Origin: an uncultured Sphingomonas sp.
Lineage (GTDB): Bacteria; Pseudomonadota; Alphaproteobacteria; Sphingomonadales; Sphingomonadaceae
Reading direction: 5' to 3'
Length of the DNA: 56,176 nucleotides
Assembly (NCBI GenBank): GCA_964246585.1
Contig: CAXTRJ010000001.1
Span: 1 to 56,176 of the forward strand
Below the pieces are notes generated by a model. The model was not told the origin of the DNA. It saw nothing but the letters and a program-made list of their open reading frames with translations, and did no database searches. Positions 10,215 through 19,379 of this stretch are shown here, piece after piece. Each line of letters begins with the position of its first letter. The stretch's first letter is position 1. The position numbers and the translations under genes are program-made.

Positions 10215-11254
10215 CCGGCCAGATCACCTGGAGCGAACTCATCTCGCAGCCCGACGCGTGGGAACGCCTCCTGGCGCGTCTGGATGCAGGCCACGACATT
10301 CCTTCCGCCTCGCTCGCCGGGTTCGATGAGGTCGTCGTGCTCGGATCGGGTACGTCCTATTATCTCGCGCTCGCCGTCGCCGATTGGGTGAGCCGGCGGC
10401 ACGACGTCTCGGTCCGCGCGGTGCCGTCGTGCGAGGTCGCGCTGGACGCGCATCAGGCGAAGCTAGCGCCAGGCCGCAAGCGCCTGGTCATCGCGATTTC
10501 ACGCTCGGGCGAGTCGAGCGAGCTGATCCTGGCGATCAAGGCCTTGCGGTCCTTGGACACCGTCGTTCTTGGGGTCAGCTGCTGTGCCGGATCTTCGCTG
10601 CTGCGAATGGCCGACCACGAGTTCCTCATCGCCGAGGGCTTCGAGGACGGGCTGGTCATGCTGCGCTCCTTCACCTCGATGCTGCTGGCCTTGCAGTATC
10701 AGTTCGGGTCGGCTGACGATCGTGCCGCGCTGCAAACGCTGCCCGCCGCCGGGCGAGCGTTGCTTGCCGAGAAGACCGAAGAGCTGCGTGCGATCGCGCG
10801 TCGCCGTCCGTTCGATCGGTTTGTGTATCTAGCGTCAGGCTCGAACTATCCGATCGCGCTCGAGGCGAGCCTCAAGGTGCAGGAAATGGCGATTGCCACG
10901 AGCGAAGCGTATCACTCACTCGAATACCGCCATGGTCCGAAGGCGACCGCCGACCATAACACCTTGCTGACCCTGTTTGCCCCGCCCGACACTGGTCTGG
11001 GCCTTTCCCTCGCGCGCGATATGAAGGCGCTGGACGTCACGCTGATCGTCGTCGGGGCAAAGGCGGACGATTATGCCGGAATCGCCGACCTGATCGTCCC
11101 GGCCCCCGCCGGACTGGACGACGGGCAAGCGAGCCTCCTCAGCCTCATGCCGCTACAGATCGTGGCGTTCGAGACGGCGATGCGGCGCGGCAAGAACCCG
11201 GACGCGCCGGAGAAGCTCAGCAAGGTAGTGATCCTTGAGCACGCCGAGGTTTGA
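10211..11254 (+). CDS. Double SIS-domain hexosamine-6-phosphate deaminase/isomerase (AgaS/GlmS-C-like)
   Basis: GSGTSY, AISRSGES, EASLKVQE, EYRHGP, C-tail NPDAPEKLSKVV. Confidence 0.85.
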   Translation: MTGQITWSELISQPDAWERLLARLDAGHDIPSASLAGFDEVVVLGSGTSYYLALAVADWVSRRHDVSVRAVPSCEVALDAHQAKLAPGRKRLVIAISRSGESSELILAIKALRSLDTVVLGVSCCAGSSLLRMADHEFLIAEGFEDGLVMLRSFTSMLLALQYQFGSADDRAALQTLPAAGRALLAEKTEELRAIARRRPFDRFVYLASGSNYPIALEASLKVQEMAIATSEAYHSLEYRHGPKATADHNTLLTLFAPPDTGLGLSLARDMKALDVTLIVVGAKADDYAGIADLIVPAPAGLDDGQASLLSLMPLQIVAFETAMRRGKNPDAPEKLSKVVILEHAEV

Positions 11255-11346
11255 CGTCCTCGCCGTCGGCGAGCTGAATCCGGACCTTGTCCTCCCTCGA
11301 TCCGGGGACCGGCGCGATCGTTCTGAAGCGCGGCGCCGACGGTGCA
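11235..11346 (+). pseudogene. Collapsed PfkB-family carbohydrate kinase remnant
   Basis: TTG start overlapping the SIS gene end; FDVLAVGELNPDLVL (PfkB N-terminus) followed about 20 nt later, in another frame, by IVLKRGADGA (internal PfkB motif). Confidence 0.7.
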
Positions 11347-11395
11347 GGATCAGGTACGTGCGCTTATCGCCCGGCGGCCCGGGCTCGCATAGGTC

Positions 11396-12151
11396 CTATA
11401 CGGTCACGACGCGGACGCCGCGCGCCGTCATCGCCTCCACGAACGCTTCCGGGGCACCGTCGTCCGTGATCAGCATGTCGGCCGTCTGGATGGTGTCGAT
11501 CACCGCCGGACACACCTGACCCAGCTTCGAACGGTCCGCCAGAATCCATACCTCCCGCGCCTGACCAATCAGGACCCGGTTCGTGTAGGCTTCCGCGCTG
11601 TCGAACGTCGTATAGCCATGGTCGGCATGGATCCCGTCGACGCCGATGACGGCGATGTCGAGGTTGAAGTCGCGGATCGTCCGCTCACAGATATGCCCCA
11701 CCACCTCGGCGGTCCGCCGCCGCATCATTCCGCCGGTCAGGAAAACGTCGATATCCTCGGCATCGCGCAGCTCCAGCGCGACATTCACCGCGGTGGTGAG
11801 GACACGAAGCGACATGCGCTTGATGGAAGAGATCATCTGCATGACCGTCGTTCCGCCGCCGCAGCCGATCGTCATGTCCGGCCTGAGCAAGGACGCCGCA
11901 TGGGTGCCGATGCGTCGCTTCTCGGGCAGGTATGCCATGATCTTTGCATCATACGACACCTCGCGACGGCGATCGCGTACCGCCGCGCCGCCGTGCGTCC
12001 GCAGCAACGTGTCGCTGGCATCCAGTTCCGAAATGTCGCGCCTGATCGTTGCCGAGGAAGCCTGCAGCAACGTCGCAAGATCCCGCACGCTCACCGCACC
12101 GCGCCGCGCGAGTTCGACCATGATGAGATCATGCCGCTCAGCTTTGATCAT
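11396..12151 (-). CDS. DeoR/GlpR-family transcriptional regulator (AgaR-like)
   Basis: HTH SVRDLATLLQASSATIRRDISEL, RTHGGA, EKRRIG, GGGTT, LADRSK. Confidence 0.92.
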   Translation of the reverse strand: MIKAERHDLIMVELARRGAVSVRDLATLLQASSATIRRDISELDASDTLLRTHGGAAVRDRRREVSYDAKIMAYLPEKRRIGTHAASLLRPDMTIGCGGGTTVMQMISSIKRMSLRVLTTAVNVALELRDAEDIDVFLTGGMMRRRTAEVVGHICERTIRDFNLDIAVIGVDGIHADHGYTTFDSAEAYTNRVLIGQAREVWILADRSKLGQVCPAVIDTIQTADMLITDDGAPEAFVEAMTARGVRVVTV

Positions 12152-12258
12152 CAGCCCCCCGCATCCCGGCCTCGTGGCGTTACGCCGGAAGACATACGCC
12201 GATACAGACCGCCCCCGTCACGATCAACGTGCTCCGCCTGGCCCTGACGCGAACCGCT

Positions 12259-13290
12259 TTATTGCAGCTTCTGGATCTTGAAGTTGGAGAAGAGATATCG
12301 GAACCCGACCTGGCGCAGCATCTCGTCAGCCTCGGAGTTCACCCCGAGCGCAGCGCCCTCGAGCCAGCAGAAGATCTCGACGCCGGTGCCCAGCTCGGCC
12401 TCCATTTCGGCCTTCGCGGCGACGATTTCGTCCTCCAGCACGGGGCGGGGCGTGTCGGGCTTGACCTCATGGTGCGTGCGCGTGTGGCAGGCAAAGGCAT
12501 GGCCGCGGCGCGTGATCTCCCGGGCTTCATCCCACGTGAGCGCGATCCGGTCTCCGGGATATTCATCCTGTTCGGGACAATGCAGCATATGGCTCGCCGC
12601 GTAGCCGCGCTGTTCGTCCGCCGGAACGTCAAGAAAGCCGGACGGTACGAAGAACCATCCGGTAAAACCGAACTCTTCGAGGATCGGCAGCAGCACGTCC
12701 AGATTGTCGCGGAAGCCTTCGAAGAGCGCCGGCATCAGGCCCGGTCGCTCATGGTTCCAACGCCCCTCGACCGCATCCGCGAAATTGGCCGGCGTGATCG
12801 GTTCGAAGCTTTGCGCGAGTGCCTCGACCTGGCGCCTGAACTCGGCTTCACGATAGCGTGGCGTGGCATGGAAGTTAACCAGCCGGATCGCCCGTGAGCG
12901 CGCGATTCCGGCGGCGATCTCCGCCAGGACCGGAGGCGTCGTCGCGGGCAGCAGCAGTTCGGCCGAAGACCCCGCGGCCTCCTTGTCGAGGAACTCGGCA
13001 CCGTGCGCCTCGAAGTACCGGTCGGCGAGGACCTCCAACAGCTTCGCCACGTCATCGTGATCGAGCGCCGGCTTGCGCAGCGCGAGCGCGCCGGCCAGCT
13101 CCGCGAAGCGCTCGCCGAGTTTGTTGGTCGCCCCGCCGTTCATCGGATCGGCCGCACTCGACGTCAGGTCTTCCCCGATCAGGAACATCGGTACGCCCGT
13201 TTCCCGATATTTCGACGTCTCAAGGCGATCGGGATCGGCGGTCACGATGTCGATCAGCGTTTCGATCGAAAAGGGCGAGTGGGCAGACAT
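12259..13290 (-). CDS. Polysaccharide deacetylase (NodB/CE4-like) with an unknown N-terminal extension
   Basis: VNFH, LFEGFRDN (TFDDG position), GWFFVP, ALTWDE, ACHTRTH; RBS AAGAAGGA before ATG 13290. Confidence 0.75.
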   Translation of the reverse strand: MSAHSPFSIETLIDIVTADPDRLETSKYRETGVPMFLIGEDLTSSAADPMNGGATNKLGERFAELAGALALRKPALDHDDVAKLLEVLADRYFEAHGAEFLDKEAAGSSAELLLPATTPPVLAEIAAGIARSRAIRLVNFHATPRYREAEFRRQVEALAQSFEPITPANFADAVEGRWNHERPGLMPALFEGFRDNLDVLLPILEEFGFTGWFFVPSGFLDVPADEQRGYAASHMLHCPEQDEYPGDRIALTWDEAREITRRGHAFACHTRTHHEVKPDTPRPVLEDEIVAAKAEMEAELGTGVEIFCWLEGAALGVNSEADEMLRQVGFRYLFSNFKIQKLQ

Positions 13291-13357
13291 GTGGCGATCC
13301 TTCTTTGCGCCCTTGGCCGTTGCGTCGCGAGCGTGGCGCGCCGCCAGCCCGGGCACG

Positions 13358-14104
13358 CTATCGTCCGCCGCTGACATTGATCGTGACGCCGGTGCAATAG
13401 GACGCCTGATCCGAGAGCAACCACAGGATCGACCTGGCGACCTCCTCCGCCGTTCCCGTCCGCAGCATCGGTACGGTCGATGCAAGTCTTGCCGCGCGCG
13501 ACGCGTCGCCGCCTGACGCATGGATCTCGGTATCGATCAGGCCTGGGCGGACGCCGTTCACGCGAATGCCATCGGCCGCGACCTCCTTCGCCAAGCCGAT
13601 CGTCAGCGCGTCCACCGCTCCCTTGGAGGCGGCATAGTCGATGAACTCGTTGGGCGCGCCCAGCACCGCGGCCATCGACGACACGTTGACGATGGCGCCG
13701 CCGACACCGCCCGCGGAAAGCGCCATGCGGCGCACCGCCTCGCGGGCGCAGAGGAAGGTCCCGGTCAGATTGGTTGCGACCGTCGCGTTCCAGCGGTCGA
13801 GCGTCATCTCCGCCAACGGCGACGCGGTCGCCAATATGCCCGCATTGTTGATCAGGCCGGTGACCTGCCCAAGGGCACCCTCCGCCTGGTCGAACAGGTC
13901 GGCCACGTCGCGTTCGGATGAGACGTCGCTCGCGACGGCCAGAGCGCGGCCGCCGGCTTGCTCGATATCGCGGACGACCGCCTCGGCCGACCGGCTGTCC
14001 GACCGATAGCTCAGACAAACCGACCACCCCGCCCGCGCGCCCAGTCGCGCGCAGGCGGCACCGATGCCCCTTGACCCTCCCGTCACTACCAATGCGCGCA
14101 TCAT
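13358..14104 (-). CDS. Short-chain dehydrogenase/reductase
   Basis: TGGSRGIG, NNAG, VNVSS, YAASK, VRPGLIDT. Confidence 0.93.
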   Translation of the reverse strand: MMRALVVTGGSRGIGAACARLGARAGWSVCLSYRSDSRSAEAVVRDIEQAGGRALAVASDVSSERDVADLFDQAEGALGQVTGLINNAGILATASPLAEMTLDRWNATVATNLTGTFLCAREAVRRMALSAGGVGGAIVNVSSMAAVLGAPNEFIDYAASKGAVDALTIGLAKEVAADGIRVNGVRPGLIDTEIHASGGDASRAARLASTVPMLRTGTAEEVARSILWLLSDQASYCTGVTINVSGGR

Positions 14105-14114
14105 CGGACGTCGA

Positions 14115-17075
14115 TCAGCGTCCAAGGTTGAAACGCGCACCGGCATACAGATACCTGCCGCGCGACGAGATCGGCGTGTTGGTCGCGAACGACGCGCGAT
14201 CGGGCTTCTGATTGGTGAAGTTGTTGACGCCGAGATAGAAGGCGAAGCCATTTTCCAGCTGGTATCTCACCTGCGCATCATGCTGCCAGAGAGCGGCGAA
14301 GCGGAAATTCTCCGGACCGGCGACGTCCGGATTGGCGGCGATCGTGTTGCGGTCGAATGCAAGCGTCGCATTGGCGAAGCGCAGATTGTAGTTGATGGCG
14401 ATCGCGTCGTCGAGCGTCCAGGTCGGCGAGAAGTTCGCGTTCCAGCGCGGCGCGAAGGACTGATCGACGTTGTTGATGACCGGGCCGCCGGGGATGCCGA
14501 CCTGATCCAGCTTGTCGAGATAGCCGGCGACCAGCCGCAGATCGAACGTGCCGATGCTTGCGGTCCGAATGACGTAATTGACGTTGATGTCGAGGCCCGC
14601 GGTTTCGAACCGGGCGACGTTGAGCGGGCCGACGGTGAAGCCGTTGATGATGCCGGTGCCCCGCGCGCGGGTGAACTGGTCACAGAACTGGTTGGGGAAC
14701 GTCGGCTGGTCGACGCACTGCACCGCCAGACCGTTCGGATCGATGGTGTTGATCGCATCGGTTAGCTCGATGTCGTAATAATCGACCGACACGACCAGGC
14801 CGGGCAGGAAGCGCGGGCGCAACAGAACGCCGGCCGTCCACGTCTTCGCCACCTCCGGCCGAAGGCTCTGGTTGCCGGCCTGCGTACCGAGGACGAACTG
14901 GCTGGTCTGCAACCCCGGGGAGATGACGGCGCCGACGGCGGTCAAGGCGGTGACGCAATTCGCCGGTCGGAACTGTGTTCCGTTGTCGATCTGATCGGGC
15001 GTGCACGGATCGGTGAAGAAGGCCGAGGCCGAAGACGTCGGCTGGAACAGCTCGCCGATATTGGGCGCGCGAACCGACCTGCCGTAGCTGCCGCGAAAGG
15101 TGACGTCGCGGATCGGCGCCCAGATGCCGTTGAACTGCCACGTCTCGGCGCTGCCGACGGTCGAATAGTCCGAATAGCGACCGGCGGCGCCGACCGACAG
15201 CACATTGGCGAACGGCACGTCCTCAAGGATCGGCACGTCGAGTTCGCCGAACGCCTCCGCCACGTCGAACTGGCCGCGGGACGCTTGCACCAGGCTCGGT
15301 TCGTCGAACTGGAAGAAGCGGGCGTTGACGAGATCGTCGTTGGGATCGAAGCGGCTCGACTCCCGCCGATACTCGCCACCGAAAGCGAATTTGATCGGGC
15401 CGCCGGGCAGCTCGAAGAACTGGCCGAAATCCCCGCTGATGCTCGCGCTACCGACGTGCTGCTCGATGCGGGCGCCGCTGCTGTGGGTGACGCGGAAATA
15501 GTCGAGCTGCTCCTGGGTCGCCGGCCCCGGACCGAACAGACTGATCGGGATGCAGCCTGCCGTCGGGTTGTTGGCGGGATTGCAGACGATCTGCCCGTTG
15601 GCGGGGTTGACGCGCGCATCGATCGCGTCGGAATATCGCTTGGCGAGCCGATCGCCGATCTTGGTGATGCGGACCGACGTGCGGCCATAGGCGTAATAGG
15701 CGTCCCACGTGGCGTGATCGGAAATCCGCCCGGAGAAATCGATCACCCCGCGATAGGTGCGCCGCAGGTTTTCCTCGCCCGGACGGCCGTAATCGAGATT
15801 GTCGCGGCTGATCGAGATCGGAGCGGGCGTGAAGGTGCCGTCCGCGGCGGTCGTTCCCTCGGCGATGGCGGCCGCGCGGATGCTGCCCGGCAGGAATGCG
15901 TTGTCGATCGAGATGGGGACGCCGTAGGTTCCGGTGATCTGGCCGAAGCTGCTCGCCCGGTTCTCGACATACTTGCCTTCGAGCGAAACCTTGAACGCGT
16001 CGGAGAAGTCGTAATGGCCGAGCAGGTTGACCGCGTGCCGCTCGGTCTCGGGGAAGAGATCGCCCTGGAAGAAGCCGGCGATCTCGGTGCCGACACCGCC
16101 GACCCGGTAAAAGGCCGCGGCGACGCCATCGTCATAAGGCCGGCCGAGGCCGTCGAATCGCGCATTGCCCCCGCCCACGAACACCGCGCCGATCGGCGAC
16201 TCGTTGCCGTAGCGGAGGTCGCCGACCAGGACGTTGTCGGGAATGTTGGGATCGTCACCGATATCGGCATCGTTGGGGATCAGGTACACGCGATTGCGCT
16301 GTTGCAGGAAGTCACGGTCGTCGTTGGCGACCGCATCGTCGGCATTGTATTCATAGGCCAGCGTCAGATTGCCGCGCCCGTCGCCGAAGTTCTTGCCGGC
16401 CGCCAGCGAGGCGAAACGGTTGCCCGCATCGCCATATTCGGAGATGCCGACCTGGGCCCGCCCGGTCACGCCCTCGAAATCCCGCCTCAGCACGAAGTTG
16501 ACGACCCCGGTCACGCCGTCGGCGCCGTAAATGGCCCCGACCGCGCCGGTCAGCACGTCGACGCGCTGTACCAAGTCGGTCGGGATGCTGTTGATATCGA
16601 CCGCGGCGCTGTTCGGGTCGGCCGCCACGTGCCGGCGGCCGTTGACCAGGACAAGCGTACGGTTGGTGCCGAGGTTGCGCAGGTTCAACTGGTTCAGGCC
16701 GGCCTGGCCGAAGGAGCCGTAGGTGCCGTTGCCGCCCGAGGTATCGGTGGTGTCGCGCGAGTTCGTCAGCGCCGGCACCCGCAGCAGGAAGTTGGTGAGA
16801 TTGGTGTTGCCCGATTCCTGCACGTTCGTCGCATCGAACGAAACGATCGGGTTGGCCGCTTCGAAGTCGGGCCGCGCGATACGGGAGCCCGTCACAACGA
16901 TGTCGGCGCCAGACGCCGCGGCGTCATCAGGCGCCGCCTGGTCGGTCGGAGCAGCGGTGCCCGCCGCCTCCTGAGTGGCCGGAGGTGTAGTGTCCGCGGT
17001 TTGCGCCAGGACACTGGTCGGAAAGAACGCTACGCTCGCAAGGAGCAGCGCTCGCGACATGTTGGTAAGCGGCAT
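14115..17075 (-). CDS. TonB-dependent outer membrane receptor
   Basis: Signal peptide, DIVVTGSRI, NLRNLG..RTLVLVNGRR, IYGADGVTGVVNF, C-terminal GRYLYAGARFN. Confidence 0.95.
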   Translation of the reverse strand: MPLTNMSRALLLASVAFFPTSVLAQTADTTPPATQEAAGTAAPTDQAAPDDAAASGADIVVTGSRIARPDFEAANPIVSFDATNVQESGNTNLTNFLLRVPALTNSRDTTDTSGGNGTYGSFGQAGLNQLNLRNLGTNRTLVLVNGRRHVAADPNSAAVDINSIPTDLVQRVDVLTGAVGAIYGADGVTGVVNFVLRRDFEGVTGRAQVGISEYGDAGNRFASLAAGKNFGDGRGNLTLAYEYNADDAVANDDRDFLQQRNRVYLIPNDADIGDDPNIPDNVLVGDLRYGNESPIGAVFVGGGNARFDGLGRPYDDGVAAAFYRVGGVGTEIAGFFQGDLFPETERHAVNLLGHYDFSDAFKVSLEGKYVENRASSFGQITGTYGVPISIDNAFLPGSIRAAAIAEGTTAADGTFTPAPISISRDNLDYGRPGEENLRRTYRGVIDFSGRISDHATWDAYYAYGRTSVRITKIGDRLAKRYSDAIDARVNPANGQIVCNPANNPTAGCIPISLFGPGPATQEQLDYFRVTHSSGARIEQHVGSASISGDFGQFFELPGGPIKFAFGGEYRRESSRFDPNDDLVNARFFQFDEPSLVQASRGQFDVAEAFGELDVPILEDVPFANVLSVGAAGRYSDYSTVGSAETWQFNGIWAPIRDVTFRGSYGRSVRAPNIGELFQPTSSASAFFTDPCTPDQIDNGTQFRPANCVTALTAVGAVISPGLQTSQFVLGTQAGNQSLRPEVAKTWTAGVLLRPRFLPGLVVSVDYYDIELTDAINTIDPNGLAVQCVDQPTFPNQFCDQFTRARGTGIINGFTVGPLNVARFETAGLDINVNYVIRTASIGTFDLRLVAGYLDKLDQVGIPGGPVINNVDQSFAPRWNANFSPTWTLDDAIAINYNLRFANATLAFDRNTIAANPDVAGPENFRFAALWQHDAQVRYQLENGFAFYLGVNNFTNQKPDRASFATNTPISSRGRYLYAGARFNLGR

Positions 17076-17112
17076 GAACTTCCCCCTCCTTATCTTCGCT
17101 GCGGTTTGCGGC

Positions 17113-17817
17113 CTATAACGGTTCGTCGGTTGCGCCTTTCGATGCCGCGTTCCGGCCAGTCGATGCGCTTATCGTCAGGATGTCGGCTGCCCCTGTTTCG
17201 ATCTTTATGATGGTGATTTCGCCGGCGTCCAGCGCCACCGTGTCCCAGTCCCCCAACGACTCGCCAGCGATGATCGCTCGCATCTCGTCGGCCGCGCGGA
17301 GGTGCACGAAGCGCTCGGGCGAGCGTCCGTCCGCGGCGAGCCCGAGCGTCTCGCCCGCCATCAGCGTGGAGAACGCGAGATCCATTCCGGTCGCATGGCC
17401 GATGATGTCGAGGCGCTCCGCAATCGGTGCGAAAGCACGCGGCTTCGGGAGCTCCGTTCCCAACGGCGCCACACGCGCATAGGCGATATCGCTGTCGGCG
17501 ATGGCGGTGAGCCGATATGAGGCGCGCGGCGGCAGGTAGACCGCCCGCGATCCTCCCTCGAGGCTTAGCGAGAAGCCGCCAACCTGACGGCCGCCCTGCG
17601 AAATGGCGATGTCGGCTTCGCCGCGCATGAGGACGACGAACACCTCGTCGCCTTCGGCCTCGCCATCGATCACCGCGCCCCGGGCGAACGAATAGACGCG
17701 CAGCGAGACAAGGTTGGAAAAGCCGGTGCGGGAGCGATCGACGTCGACCGGCCGAGGGCACGGCCCGGCACCCGGCAGATCAATCCAGCGCTCGTAATCC
17801 GGGCGGATGATCAACAC
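17113..17817 (-). CDS. IolB/KduI-like cupin (5-deoxyglucuronate isomerase-like), N-terminal-type domain
   Basis: SLRVYSF..GEAEGDEVFVVLMRG..AVYLPP cupin pattern; RBS GGAAGG before GTG. Confidence 0.55.
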   Translation of the reverse strand: MLIIRPDYERWIDLPGAGPCPRPVDVDRSRTGFSNLVSLRVYSFARGAVIDGEAEGDEVFVVLMRGEADIAISQGGRQVGGFSLSLEGGSRAVYLPPRASYRLTAIADSDIAYARVAPLGTELPKPRAFAPIAERLDIIGHATGMDLAFSTLMAGETLGLAADGRSPERFVHLRAADEMRAIIAGESLGDWDTVALDAGEITIIKIETGAADILTISASTGRNAASKGATDEPL

Positions 17818-17890
17818 GCGATCCGCCTTCCGGCTTGCGCCAAGGCGCCGCGCCGCCAGCCAGACATCATCAGCGGTGCGACCGGCGGCC

Positions 17891-19261
17891 TCATGCGAAC
17901 TGCGGCAGAAACGCGCGATGCGCGTCGATCAGATCGTCGCGCAGCGATCGCGCCATGTCCGGATCGCCAACCGCGCCATCGGCGAGCAGCGCCTCGAGCA
18001 TCAAGTCGCGGCTGCCCTGCAGCGCCGCATCGACCGTGATCTCGATCGCCGAGATCTTGGATTGCAGCTTGGTAACCAGCGCGGGCGGCAGTTCGTCGGC
18101 GATCAGCGGCGCGAAACCGCCGCCGACGGCCGCCGCATTGCACTCGACGATCGCATCCTTCGTCAGATATGACGCCTGGCCTTCGTTGGGCATGTTGACC
18201 GAGAACACCTTGCGCTCGTCGCGCTGCAGCGAGTGGATGATCTCGAGCAGCTGCTCGCTCTCCCCCGGCACATTCTCGTAATAGGCCTTTGGCAGCGGCT
18301 CGGCCGAGTTGGCGATGGCAAGCATCTCGTCGAACCACTTGTCGCCGAGGGAAATGCGTTCGTCGATCGGGAAAGCTTCGCGCCCCAATTTGTGCCCGCA
18401 ATACGCACCGCCGGGGAAGCGCTCCGGATAGAATTCGACGGCGTGACGATCCATCGCGCACGGAAAGACCGAGTATTTCTCGAACATGCCCCACGAGAAC
18501 GGATCATCCGCATAGCGCGGCGCCCGACCTTCGACAATGTTCGCCCAGACCTCCTTGCGCGCGAGCTCGTCGTCGAGCCCGGCCTTTTGCTCCCGCAATT
18601 TGGCGTGGATCATCGGACGCGCATCGACGCCGTCGTGGAACAGGCGAGTTAGGAAGGTCAGGTGGTTTAGCCCGATCCCGAAGGATGAGATCGATCCGTC
18701 CTCGACGCCGAGGAAGCGCGCGATCACCCCCTCCACATGGTGGACGCCGTGGCACAGCCCGATGACCGGGACTCCCGTTTCCTTCCGTATGGCGCGGCAG
18801 ATCGCCGTCATCGGGTTCGAGTAGTTGAAGAAGACCGCGTCCGGACACAGCTCGGCGATGTCGCGCGCGATCGCGATCATCTGCGGGATCATGCGCATCG
18901 CGCGCGAGATGCCGCCGGGCAGCGCGGTATCCCCGACGGGCTGGAAAATGCCATAGCTCCGCGGGATCTCGATATCGCGCTGCCACCCCATGCGGCCGCC
19001 GACCGCGATCGTCGTGACCACATAGTCGGCGCCCTTCAGCACCGCGCGTCGATCGGTCGCGGCGGTGACGGGGATATTCGCCCCCTTCGCCCGCATCATC
19101 TTGGCGACGAGCTTCTCGACGGCATCGAGCGTGACCGGATCGATGTCGACCAGCGCCAGCTCCCATTGGTCGGCCTCGCCGGCAAGAATGATGTCCGCGA
19201 CGAGACGCTGCGTGAAAACCGTGCTGCCGGCTCCTATCAAGACCAGCTTCTGGCGAGTCAT
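17891..19261 (-). CDS. Glycoside hydrolase family 4 (NAD+/Mn2+-dependent, alpha-galactosidase/glucosidase-like)
   Basis: IGAGS, GDTALPGG, NYSNP, GLCHG, GLNHL; no signal peptide. Confidence 0.92.
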   Translation of the reverse strand: MTRQKLVLIGAGSTVFTQRLVADIILAGEADQWELALVDIDPVTLDAVEKLVAKMMRAKGANIPVTAATDRRAVLKGADYVVTTIAVGGRMGWQRDIEIPRSYGIFQPVGDTALPGGISRAMRMIPQMIAIARDIAELCPDAVFFNYSNPMTAICRAIRKETGVPVIGLCHGVHHVEGVIARFLGVEDGSISSFGIGLNHLTFLTRLFHDGVDARPMIHAKLREQKAGLDDELARKEVWANIVEGRAPRYADDPFSWGMFEKYSVFPCAMDRHAVEFYPERFPGGAYCGHKLGREAFPIDERISLGDKWFDEMLAIANSAEPLPKAYYENVPGESEQLLEIIHSLQRDERKVFSVNMPNEGQASYLTKDAIVECNAAAVGGGFAPLIADELPPALVTKLQSKISAIEITVDAALQGSRDLMLEALLADGAVGDPDMARSLRDDLIDAHRAFLPQFA

Positions 19262-19306
19262 AAGGACAGCTTCCTCAGATCATTCGGACGATGAGACGAC
19301 GTGTAA

Positions 19307-19320
19307 ACTGTGATCGCAGT
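19307..19320. promoter_or_regulatory. Palindromic operator ACTGTGATCGCAGT upstream of the GH4 operon
   Basis: 14-bp palindrome with one mismatch; core TGTGATCGCA. Confidence 0.55.
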
Positions 19321-19379
19321 CCAAGCAAGAATGTGCACCGGCTTGCTCGTTTTTGTCCAACGATTTCGACACAGGAGAT

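Noticed and set aside
15285-17210. Long antisense ORFs (also 26910-29027, 36259-38469, 38874-41333, 42745-44103, 53136-54533)
   Set aside because: Expected shadow ORFs in high-GC DNA opposite well-supported genes; no recognisable motifs.
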